This document shows positions 1 through 7,608 of a DNA stretch of 15,793 nt, in pieces. The number at the start of each line of letters is the position of its first letter. The stretch's first letter is position 1. This DNA comes from Candidatus Hydrogenedentota bacterium. Lineage in GTDB: Bacteria; Hydrogenedentota; Hydrogenedentia; Hydrogenedentales; GCA-2746185. Position numbers and translations under genes: made by a program. Under the pieces are notes generated by a model. The model was given only the letters and a program-made list of their open reading frames with translations, did no database searches and was not told where the DNA came from. Location of the stretch: positions 1-15,793 of the forward strand of contig JAYGCN010000055.1 in assembly GCA_046583315.1 (NCBI GenBank), written 5' to 3'.

Positions 1-2
1 AG

Positions 3-350
3 GCGTTGACGCCAGATCCTGGGGTGTATTTTATCGACACGGTGGGTCTGATGAGGCCTGCCCTTTTTCTATCGCGGGAGCATCTCACCGAGGATGGCAT
101 CAACCTCTTGACCCGTTATCTCGCCAACCAGATAGGCCTTCTCATTCAAGATGAGATCGGACTGACGGATGTCGTTTATGAACGGGTTGAAAAGAATGAA
201 TACACCACAAAGAATCCATTGAGGGTGTATACAGAGCGCGTTCAGGCGATGACGCCGGCGGAACTCGAAGCACTGCTAAAGACGCTGGAACCTGAATTCG
301 TCGATGCCACCGTCGATATCTGGGAAAAGTATAACGGGCCACGTCTTTAG
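3..350 (+). CDS. 5'-truncated hypothetical protein (C-terminal part), possibly SGNH/GDSL-like fold
   Basis: The frame is open from the window edge (gcg ttg acg...) to TAG at 348-350. 'GVYFIDT...LFLSREHLTEDGINLLTRYLA' loosely resembles the SGNH block V pattern (F.D..HL...G....A), but the Asp is absent. Confidence 0.55.
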   Translation, partial: ALTPDPGVYFIDTVGLMRPALFLSREHLTEDGINLLTRYLANQIGLLIQDEIGLTDVVYERVEKNEYTTKNPLRVYTERVQAMTPAELEALLKTLEPEFVDATVDIWEKYNGPRL

Positions 351-364
351 ACTGGTCTGATATA

Positions 365-393
365 TTGACGCGCGAGCCCTTCTGCTGTAGAAT
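365..393 (+). promoter_or_regulatory. sigma70-type promoter for the desaturase
   Basis: TTGACG (365-370), a 17-nt spacer, then TAGAAT (388-393), in the intergenic gap. Confidence 0.7.
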
Positions 394-444
394 TAGTGTC
401 AGATGCGCTCCGATTTTCCTGCCGGCGTAGCGGAGAAATTCTCA

Positions 445-1356
445 ATGAAACACAGCGACGTAATGACCCCGAAGGAGATTAGAGACTTCTCAGTCACGAA
501 CGATTTGTCGGCGCTCCGTGTCTTCGCATTCAACTGGCTCTCCATCGTGTCTCTCTTCGCTGTAGTCGCGGTGTGGACGAATCCCATCACCATCTTTCTC
601 GCTATCGTCCTGATGGGTGGGCGGCAGCTCGGCCTGAGCGTCCTCGTACACGAATGCGGTCACGGGAACCTTTTTACAAAGTGGCGCGTGAATCGTTTTA
701 CGGGGCAGTGGCTTGCGGCAGCCTTCGTCTTCAGCAATGCGAAACGATATCGAATCGGCCATGGGAAACATCATCGAAAGGGCGGCACACACGACGATCC
801 GGATTTGGCGAATTATGCGAGTTACGCTGTGTCACGAACCAGCTTCCGGCGCAAAATCCTGCGCGATCTGACGGGGCGTACGGGTGTCAAAACGTTGTAC
901 TACAGCGCGAAGGCACTGGGACCGAAAAACGTCGCGATCTGGATTGTCGCAAATGGGCTTCTCTGGGGGTGTCTTTACGCCACGGGCCATGGCGTGGTAT
1001 ATCTGCTGTGGCCTGTCTCCTGGCTGACGACGTTCATGCTGTACTCACGCGTCCGAAACGCGTCCGAGCACGGAGCGGTGCCCGACTTGTTCGACCCGGA
1101 TCCACGCAAGCATACGCGCACGACCCATGCACGCTGGTGGGAACGCATGACCGTGGCCCCAAACTGCGTGAACTACCATCTTGAGCATCATATTTTGTCG
1201 AGCGTGCCGTGTTATCGCTTAAAGGCGTTTCACCGCTTTTTGCTGGCGAAGGGCGTTCTGAACGAAGCGGAAATCTGCCACGGTTACGGCGAAGTCATCC
1301 GGCGGCTGATTAAATCCGGAGATAGTGATACACCGAGTGCAGAAGTCACGGCTTAG
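445..1356 (+). CDS. Membrane fatty acid desaturase family protein
   Basis: Three His boxes (HECGH, HGKHH, HLEHH) plus RNASEH, and hydrophobic TM segments. Start moved from 403 to ATG 445, which has a GGAG RBS at 432-435; ATG 403 sits at about the predicted TSS. Confidence 0.9.
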   Translation: MKHSDVMTPKEIRDFSVTNDLSALRVFAFNWLSIVSLFAVVAVWTNPITIFLAIVLMGGRQLGLSVLVHECGHGNLFTKWRVNRFTGQWLAAAFVFSNAKRYRIGHGKHHRKGGTHDDPDLANYASYAVSRTSFRRKILRDLTGRTGVKTLYYSAKALGPKNVAIWIVANGLLWGCLYATGHGVVYLLWPVSWLTTFMLYSRVRNASEHGAVPDLFDPDPRKHTRTTHARWWERMTVAPNCVNYHLEHHILSSVPCYRLKAFHRFLLAKGVLNEAEICHGYGEVIRRLIKSGDSDTPSAEVTA

Positions 1357-1363
1357 TTGACGA

Positions 1364-1657
1364 TTACGCGGCGATGATTTCTTTCATGATGGCCACTTCG
1401 GGCGGTCCCGCAACGATTCCCTTGATGCGCGGTCCGAAAGCCTTGTAATGGTCCGACTCCGAGTGCGCACCCAGAGCCGCTTTATCCTGATACCGTTCCA
1501 TAATAACGGCCATATTCGGCTCTTTCTTGGAAAAACTCAATGAATACAGCAAATTGCCTTCTTCGGTCGCGACCCCTTTGGCGATCTCTTCGAAGGCTTC
1601 GATAAACTCGTCAACTTTTCCATCTTGAAGCGGGATTTTTGCGATAACTGAAATCAT
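1364..1657 (-). CDS. Antibiotic biosynthesis monooxygenase (ABM) / putative quinol monooxygenase family protein
   Basis: 97 aa with the pattern 'VIAKI...EEGNLLY...ERYQDKAALGAHSESDHYKAF' typical of ABM dimeric alpha/beta barrels. AGGAG RBS upstream. Confidence 0.85.
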   Translation of the reverse strand: MISVIAKIPLQDGKVDEFIEAFEEIAKGVATEEGNLLYSLSFSKKEPNMAVIMERYQDKAALGAHSESDHYKAFGPRIKGIVAGPPEVAIMKEIIAA

Positions 1658-1722
1658 GGTGTGTACTCCTGTTGGGCCAACTATTCACCAGCCGTGAACC
1701 GATTCGATGTCCAAAGATACCC

Positions 1723-1751
1723 ATAATACGGAGTTGCCAAGCCCGGGGCAA
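1723..1751 (-). promoter_or_regulatory. sigma70-type promoter for the ABM gene
   Basis: On the minus strand: TTGCCC (1751-1746), a 17-nt spacer, then TATTAT (1728-1723). Confidence 0.5.
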
Positions 1752-1772
1752 GCATTCTTTGGTATATTTTTG

Positions 1773-1801
1773 TTGAACTTTGCGAGTCTACTTGCTATTT
1801 T
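1773..1801 (+). promoter_or_regulatory. sigma70-type promoter (extended -10) for the serine hydrolase, possibly also thiolase and DUF35
   Basis: TTGAAC (1773-1778), a 17-nt spacer ending in TGc, then TATTTT (1796-1801). Confidence 0.5.
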
Positions 1802-1867
1802 CGATGGATGTTTTCAACTCACCAACAGGGTGCATCAAACAAACCGCGTCACTTTGGAGAACCTATT

Positions 1868-3124
1868 ATGAACGGTCTACGAACGGTATGTATTGTATTG
1901 CTATTCATCGCTACGGGCGCGACAAGCTTCGCCCAGAGCCTGCCCTTGACCTCGCCGGAGTCGGTAGGCTTCTCGCAAGAACGGCTCGACCGAATTACCG
2001 CAGCCATGAATCGGCATGTCGAAGCCGGGGATATTTCTGGCGGGACAGGACTCATCGCACGACACGGCAAAATCGCGTATTTCGAAACGTATGGGAATCA
2101 GGATCGCGAATCCGAAACACCGATGGACAAGGATGCCATATTCCGCATCTACTCGATGTCAAAGGCGATCACCGGTGTCGCGGTGATGATGCTGCATGAA
2201 GAAGGGAAATTCTTCCTCACCGATCCGGTGTCCAAGTATCTTCCTGAATACACCGACATGAAAGTGGCGAGCATGTTTGACGGAGAGGTGCAACTCACCG
2301 ATGCGACACAGCAGATTACGGTGCGCGATCTGTTGCGCCATACGGCGGGCATCACTTACGGCGGCGGCAAAGTGTTAGGGCCACTCTACCGAAAAGCGGG
2401 CGTGGGTGGTCGCAATGACGATTTGGAGGCCTTTTCCAAGAAGCTGGCGGCAGCACCATTGTCATTCGAACCGGGTTCAACTTGGGAATACGGGTATTCA
2501 ATCGACGTGTTGGGCCGATTGGTGGAAGTCATATCAGGCCAACCCTTCGATGCGTTTCTGGAAGAACGCCTATTCGCGCCATTGGGCATGAACGATACGG
2601 CCTTTCACGTGCCGGCCGAAAAGCACGATCGCCTCGTGACGTTGTATTCACCCAATGAGAACGGCGGAATTCGTGTCGCGACCTCGCGTGCGCAGGATTC
2701 TTACAAGGAACCGGCAACATTTTTCTCCGGCGGCGGCGGTCTGGTGTCCACAACGATGGACTACGCGCGGTTTTGTCAGATGTTGCTCAACGATGGCGAC
2801 CTGGACGGCGAACAGATTCTCGGGCGCAAATCTGTCGAATTGATGCGAACGGATCACCTGGCTGATATCCCTAAGAAGGGCTATTTGATTGCAGCGGATG
2901 GTATCGGCTTTGGCCTGACCTTTGCGGTTCAAAAGGATCCGGGCCTGAACGGTACGCTGGACTCGAAGGGTTCCTACCGATGGGGCGGCGCGGCCGGCAC
3001 GCGATTCTGGATTGACCCCGCCGAAGATATGTTCTGCGTGTTCATGGTGAATATTCTTCCCTACACAAACCTTAAATACGGCGATGAATTCAAGTTGCTC
3101 GCGTACCAGGCGCTCGTCGATTAA
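1868..3124 (+). CDS. Secreted serine hydrolase, beta-lactamase-related (family VIII / EstB-like esterase)
   Basis: Catalytic SxxK (SMSK), LLRHTAG, 'FEPGSTWEYGYS' with the catalytic Tyr, and a WGG motif. Signal peptide MNGLRTVCIVLLFIATGATSFA. Start set at ATG 1868 after a GGAG RBS. Confidence 0.9.
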   Translation: MNGLRTVCIVLLFIATGATSFAQSLPLTSPESVGFSQERLDRITAAMNRHVEAGDISGGTGLIARHGKIAYFETYGNQDRESETPMDKDAIFRIYSMSKAITGVAVMMLHEEGKFFLTDPVSKYLPEYTDMKVASMFDGEVQLTDATQQITVRDLLRHTAGITYGGGKVLGPLYRKAGVGGRNDDLEAFSKKLAAAPLSFEPGSTWEYGYSIDVLGRLVEVISGQPFDAFLEERLFAPLGMNDTAFHVPAEKHDRLVTLYSPNENGGIRVATSRAQDSYKEPATFFSGGGGLVSTTMDYARFCQMLLNDGDLDGEQILGRKSVELMRTDHLADIPKKGYLIAADGIGFGLTFAVQKDPGLNGTLDSKGSYRWGGAAGTRFWIDPAEDMFCVFMVNILPYTNLKYGDEFKLLAYQALVD

Positions 3125-3149
3125 TTAAAATTATCACAGGGAAGTGACT

Positions 3150-4319
3150 ATGACATTGCGAGATAAGGCCTGCATCGTGGGCATCGGCGAGACGGAATAT
3201 ACCCGCGGTTCCGGCCAATCTACCATGCGGCTGGTACTGGAGGCATCGTGCAACGCCATTTCTGATGCGGGTCTCGAGACCCACGACATCGACGGCTTCG
3301 TGATTCCCGGTCCGTTCACGTTGCAGGAGCCGCTCGCAGCAAATCTCGGAATCGAGAATCTCCGGTATTCCGCCATGATCCAGATGGGCGGTGCGAGTGC
3401 GGTCACGGCGCTACAGACCGCAGCCATGGCGATATCCAGCGGCGTGGCAAAAAACGTGCTGATACCCTTTGGCTGGAACGGCTACTCCCAATTGGCCGTG
3501 AGCAAACGCGAAGACCCGAATTCCGGCATTCCTGCACGCGAAAATTCGATGAGCGAGGCTCTGCGCAGTTACTACGCCCCCTACGGCGCGCTCGCACCCA
3601 TGCATTACTACGCCTGGATTGCCACACGGCACCGGGAACTCTATGGCACGCCCGAGGAAGCCGCGGGGCAAGTCGCCATGGTCTGTCGCGCGCATGCGCA
3701 GCACAACCCGCGCGCCTACATGCACGGTCGTCCGCTCACGATGGACGAGTACCTCTCGTCACCCATGATGTCATCGCCATTTCGTCGATTCGACTGCTGC
3801 CTGGAAACCGATGGCGCCTGCGCCGTCGTCGTGACATCCGCCGAACGCGCGCCGGACTGTCCTCATGACCCCGTCTACGTTATGGGTGTCGCTGAAGGGC
3901 ATCCCTATCCCGCCGACGACATTCCGAATCGCCCCGACCTCTTCAAAATTGGTCTAAATTTCGCCGCACCTGAAGCATTTCGCATGGCGGGTGTGACACC
4001 GCAGGACATGGATTTTGCGCAGGTCTATGATTGCTTCACTTACGTCGTATTGCTTCAACTTGAAGCGATGGGATTCTGCGAACGCGGGGAGGTGGGTGAC
4101 TTCGTACAGGATGGACGCCTGGGCATCGATGGCGACTTGCCGACTAACACGCACGGCGGATTATTGTCCGAGGCCCATGTGTGGGGACTCAACCACGTGC
4201 TCGAAGCGACGCGCCAGCTGCGCCACGAGTCCACCTTGCAGGTGCCGGATTGCGAATTGGGCCTGGTCACCGGCTGGGGCGATTTTGGCGACGGCAGCCT
4301 CGCCATTCTCAGGAGATAA
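3150..4319 (+). CDS. Thiolase-superfamily protein, SCP2/Ltp2 (lipid-transfer protein) type; probable non-thiolytic enzyme such as a retro-aldolase
   Basis: Motifs 'ACIVGIGETEY', 'FDCCLETDGACAVVVTS', 'VYDCFT..LLQLE.MGFC..GE' and 'NTHGGLLSEAH' are typical of Ltp2-like proteins. There is no Cys in the N-terminal nucleophile loop (QMGGASA). Confidence 0.9.
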   Translation: MTLRDKACIVGIGETEYTRGSGQSTMRLVLEASCNAISDAGLETHDIDGFVIPGPFTLQEPLAANLGIENLRYSAMIQMGGASAVTALQTAAMAISSGVAKNVLIPFGWNGYSQLAVSKREDPNSGIPARENSMSEALRSYYAPYGALAPMHYYAWIATRHRELYGTPEEAAGQVAMVCRAHAQHNPRAYMHGRPLTMDEYLSSPMMSSPFRRFDCCLETDGACAVVVTSAERAPDCPHDPVYVMGVAEGHPYPADDIPNRPDLFKIGLNFAAPEAFRMAGVTPQDMDFAQVYDCFTYVVLLQLEAMGFCERGEVGDFVQDGRLGIDGDLPTNTHGGLLSEAHVWGLNHVLEATRQLRHESTLQVPDCELGLVTGWGDFGDGSLAILRR

Positions 4320-4321
4320 GC

Positions 4322-4735
4322 ATGAGTGAATACACAAAACCGTTACCCCGTCGCGAAAACCTTCATCGCGAGTTCTATGAGTTCTGCGACGACCACGAAC
4401 TGCGTTTCCAACGATGCGCCTCGTGTGACGCCTGGCGACACATGCCTAGAGAAAGCTGCGAGACCTGCGGATCATTCGAATGGGACTGGCATCCTTCGAG
4501 CGGCAAGGCGACGCTGTTCACCTGGACCACGATTTACCGGGCTTTGCACCCGGCTTTCGCCAAAGACGTGCCGTATACCTCAGTAGTCGTCGAAATGGAA
4601 GAAGGTGTCCGCCTCGTAACACGACTTATCGATATTCCGGACGACCAACTCAAAATCGGGATTCCATTGGAAGTCGTGTTCAACAAGGTCGCCCCCGATG
4701 TGACGCTACACGCGTTTCGATCGCGCCAGGACTAG
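4322..4735 (+). CDS. DUF35 family Zn-ribbon + OB-fold protein (acyl-CoA-binding partner of the thiolase-like enzyme)
   Basis: CxxC...CxxC (CASC, CETC), 'SSGKATLFTWT' and 'PY...VVEMEEGVRL'. ATG 4322 follows AGGAG and lies 2 nt after the thiolase stop; the ORF-track start at 4181 overlaps the thiolase. Confidence 0.9.
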   Translation: MSEYTKPLPRRENLHREFYEFCDDHELRFQRCASCDAWRHMPRESCETCGSFEWDWHPSSGKATLFTWTTIYRALHPAFAKDVPYTSVVVEMEEGVRLVTRLIDIPDDQLKIGIPLEVVFNKVAPDVTLHAFRSRQD

Positions 4736-4750
4736 AGCGCCCACGGATTG

Positions 4751-4779
4751 TTGAACCGTAGGTGTTGTTGCCCTATACT
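4751..4779 (+). promoter_or_regulatory. sigma70-type promoter for the methyltransferase-GT2 pair
   Basis: TTGAAC (4751-4756), a 17-nt spacer, then TATACT (4774-4779). Confidence 0.65.
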
Positions 4780-4833
4780 GAGTTTTTCGTGATCTGGTGA
4801 TGCACAGGGGATCAACAGTGGAAACGGTTGAGC

Positions 4834-5562
4834 ATGAGTGATGATCTTCATACCGATGGATTGATTGACCCCTATGGGGAATCCATTCTTCAGGAGCTGG
4901 AGCCTGCGCAACGCTTTTCCCGCTGGATGTTTGAGGCCATTGAGCCCTTTCTGGGCGAACGCACCCTGGAAATCGGATCGGGCATCGGAAACATCTCCCG
5001 ACAACTCCCGATTCGCGAAGAATTGGCCCTAAGCGACTATTCGCCCGAATATCGTCATCGCCTCCAGGAGGCCTACGCCGACGAGCAGAATATTCGCATC
5101 CTGGAGCTCGATCTGACCTCTGACGAGTCGTTCAAGGATATCCAGGGTCAATTCGACTCCATTATTTGCCTGAACGTATTGGAGCATATCGAAGACGATC
5201 GCGGCGCGTTGAGCCGGATGCGCGGTGCGTTGTCGCCCGGCGGCAAACTGATTATCCTCGTGCCTCAATACCAGTCCCTGATGAGTAAAATGGATTCGCT
5301 ACTCGGGCATTATCGCCGCTACAGTCGCCGCGAACTAACATCGAAGTTCGAGGAAACCGGACTGAACCCGATCGCAATGAAGAACTTCAACAGCCTGGGC
5401 GCGCTGGGATGGCTGGTGAGTAATACCCTGATGGGGAGCACGTCGTTCGGAAGCGGAAAAATCAAACTCTTCGACGCGACGGTGCCTGTTTTCAAAACGG
5501 TAGAAAAAATTCTGCCGATGCCGGGTTTATCGCTCATCGGAGTAGCGAGTAAGGAATTATGA
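4834..5562 (+). CDS. Class I SAM-dependent methyltransferase
   Basis: Motif [10 protein letters not shown], '[16 protein letters not shown]', '[12 protein letters not shown]' and 'D..LGHYRRYS'. This type is typically linked to glycosyltransferases. Confidence 0.9.
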   Translation: MSDDLHTDGLIDPYGESILQELEPAQRFSRWMFEAIEPFLGERTLEIGSGIGNISRQLPIREELALSDYSPEYRHRLQEAYADEQNIRILELDLTSDESFKDIQGQFDSIICLNVLEHIEDDRGALSRMRGALSPGGKLIILVPQYQSLMSKMDSLLGHYRRYSRRELTSKFEETGLNPIAMKNFNSLGALGWLVSNTLMGSTSFGSGKIKLFDATVPVFKTVEKILPMPGLSLIGVASKEL

Positions 5563-5563
5563 C

Positions 5564-6274
5564 ATGAACGAAGCATCTAAAACCTTATCGATCGTTATGC
5601 CCGTATACAACGAGGAAGCATTCCTGCGCGAATCGGTACAGCGCGTACTTGATGCGGACATCGGCGAAGTTGCCAAAGAGATCGTGATTGTCGACGATGC
5701 GTCTACCGATGGATGTCGCGCCATTGTTGAGCAACTGGCCGTGGAACACGATAACATTACCGCAGAGTATCATTCGGAGAATCGCGGCAAAGGAGCGGCT
5801 CTGCGCACGGGATTCGCGTCTTGCACGGGTGATTGGATGATTGTACAGGACGCCGATCTGGAGTACGACCCGAGCGAAATTCCGTTGCTGTTGGCGCCGG
5901 TGCTGGCGGGAAACGCAGACGTCGTTTATGGGTCACGGTTTCAGACAGGCCAGTCGCGGCGCGTCATGTACTTTTGGCACAGCGTTGGCAACCAGCTGCT
6001 GACCTCGGTCTCCAACATGTTCAGCAATCTCAATCTGACGGATATGGAGACCTGTTACAAGCTGATATCCCGCGATATATTCCAGGGCATCACGATTCAG
6101 GAGAATCGTTTCGGTTTCGAGCCGGAGATTACCGCAAAGATCGCCAAAACGCGATGCCGTATATACGAAGTCGGAATTTCCTACTACGGACGCACCTATC
6201 AGGAAGGCAAAAAAGTCGGCTGGAAAGACGGCGTGCGCGCGATGTACTGCGTGGTCAGGTACAACCTGTTTTAG
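5564..6274 (+). CDS. Glycosyltransferase family 2, DPM1/polyprenol-phosphate glycosyltransferase-like
   Basis: '[11 protein letters not shown]', 'IVDDASTDG', '[11 protein letters not shown]', a DAD motif (QDADLEYDP), 'TDMETCYK' and '[11 protein letters not shown]'. Starts 1 nt after the methyltransferase stop. Confidence 0.92.
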   Translation: MNEASKTLSIVMPVYNEEAFLRESVQRVLDADIGEVAKEIVIVDDASTDGCRAIVEQLAVEHDNITAEYHSENRGKGAALRTGFASCTGDWMIVQDADLEYDPSEIPLLLAPVLAGNADVVYGSRFQTGQSRRVMYFWHSVGNQLLTSVSNMFSNLNLTDMETCYKLISRDIFQGITIQENRFGFEPEITAKIAKTRCRIYEVGISYYGRTYQEGKKVGWKDGVRAMYCVVRYNLF

Positions 6275-6297
6275 TGGTGAATAGGTCGCCATCACGA

Positions 6298-7423
6298 CTA
6301 ATTCAGACTCAGTATTTGAAGCATCCCGAAAACCAACGCGGCCAATAATGCCGACAGTGGGAGCGTTCCAGTCCACGCCATAACGATTCCGTAAGCCACG
6401 CGTTTGTCGACTCCACCGTTGGCCATGCCGATTCCGAATATCGAACCGACAGAGACGTGCGTCGTCGACACCGGCATCCCAAACCGACTGGCAATAACCA
6501 CCAGCACGAAGGTAACCAGGTTGGCAGAAAGCCCCTGCCCCTCGTTAATCGGCGTTATTTTTTTTGCTCATGGTCGCCGCGACTTTTTTGGCCTGCACAA
6601 TTCCGCCAACAGTCATGAAAATCGCGACGAGGCCCAATCCCGCCTGAATCCCGACCGCTTTGGCGGCGATCAACGCAGCTACGATTTTCGGTGTATCGTT
6701 CAGGCCTCTGGCAAAGCAGACTCCGCCAGCACTCAGGTAGTGCGTCGCGCGCACGATCGGTGCGAGTTCAACACCCATGATTTTTCTGGATGATTCGACG
6801 GCGCAACCATCAACACTTCCTTGGTAGACGCCGAGCGTTGTCGTTCTCTGAAGCAGCGCTGCCGAATCGGGTGACAGGACCACCTGCGATTCCTCAGCAA
6901 GACAGATACACGTATCTTCTTCCCACCCGGCACGTCTACGAATCCACCGGAACGCGCTATACATTCCACCGGAAAGGATCAGCGCAACAAGGGGGCTAAG
7001 CAGGAGAGGCAGCAAGAATACGGTTCCCAACTTTTGCAGATTCAAATCCGTGCCTGCCGCCATGAACCCGGCACCGACCAACGCGCCTACGAGGGAATGG
7101 GTGGTCGAAATCGGTAGCCCGGAAGCTGTTGCTATCCAGACGCATAGTCCAGCTCCGATGGCGACCGATTGGAGAAATAGCGTCGACCCCGCGATGTCGT
7201 CCGGAACGAGACCTTTACCCGAGAAGTGAATGGCCAAGGATTCAGCGATCACGAGCGAGCATAGCGACCCAGCCAGAGTAGCGCCTGTAGCCCAGGTTAG
7301 CGCGACTCGATAGTTGGTTGTACCGCTGCCAAAAAGCGTTGCCACGCCCTTAAAATTATCATTTGCTCCGTTGGAATATGCGAGAAAACAAATTCCCAGT
7401 ACTAAGATTATCGATGGAATCAT
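6298..7423 (-). pseudogene. PiT-family (PHO4) inorganic phosphate/anion transporter, frameshifted at an A8 run (6558-6565)
   Basis: N-terminal GANDNFK and 'LPISTTHSLVGALVG' lie in ORF 6545..7435. C-terminal 'MPVSTTHVSVGSIFGIG' lies in ORF 6298..6507. Removing one A joins them into one 374-aa ORF (…MSKKITPINEGQGLSANLVTFVLVVIASRFG…). Start ATG 7423 follows AGGAGG. This could be a sequencing error rather than a true pseudogene. Confidence 0.85.
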
Positions 7424-7534
7424 TACGTCTTTCACCTCCTGATCTTCTTAACGCATTCGTGAACACCGCGTGCCCATGTCACGATGCCAAACTTGGTTTT
7501 TCCCCTGCCCACGCCATCGAAAGTAACTTTTTCG

Positions 7535-7563
7535 TTGAATTGTGATCATGCGAGTGCTAGTTT
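7535..7563 (+). promoter_or_regulatory. sigma70-type promoter (extended -10) for the alpha/beta hydrolase
   Basis: TTGAAT (7535-7540), a 17-nt spacer ending in TGc, then TAGTTT (7558-7563). Confidence 0.5.
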
Positions 7564-7608
7564 CATAACCAGTTGCCGAGCGAACCCAACCAAATTCAAG
7601 GAGCAATC

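Noticed and set aside
573..1184. 203-aa alternate-frame ORF (also 5833..6348, 12931..13470, 14442..14867 and other overlapping ORFs)
   Set aside because: These are mostly Arg/Ser/Pro-rich shadow ORFs over well-supported genes, with no recognisable motifs. They are expected in GC-rich coding DNA.
1868..3124. Class C beta-lactamase / antibiotic-resistance gene
   Set aside because: It has WGG instead of KTG and YGY instead of YxN, which fits a family VIII esterase-type serine hydrolase.
3117..3136. Fur-box-like AT-rich sequence (GATAATTTTAATTAATC on the minus strand)
   Set aside because: Only about 12 of 19 positions match, it overlaps a stop codon, and there are no iron-uptake genes nearby.
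4181..4321. N-terminal extension of the DUF35 ORF
   Set aside because: It lies inside the thiolase gene. The AGGAG RBS supports ATG 4322.
5560..5566. TGA read-through (selenocysteine) fusing the methyltransferase to GT2
   Set aside because: GT2 is in a different frame (1-nt gap) and has its own AAGGA RBS.
6274..6292. Hairpin GTGGTGA-N5-TCGCCAT as a terminator between GT2 and PiT
   Set aside because: The stem depends on G-U pairs and has no U-tract on either strand.
6298..6507. Independent 69-aa membrane protein
   Set aside because: It is the C-terminal part of the frameshifted PiT transporter.
7465..7500. sigma54 promoter or Pho box upstream of the PiT gene (TTGGCATCG…, GGGCACG…, TGTCAC)
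   Set aside because: The GG-N10-GC spacing is not met, and there is no 11-bp tandem repeat of the Pho half-site.
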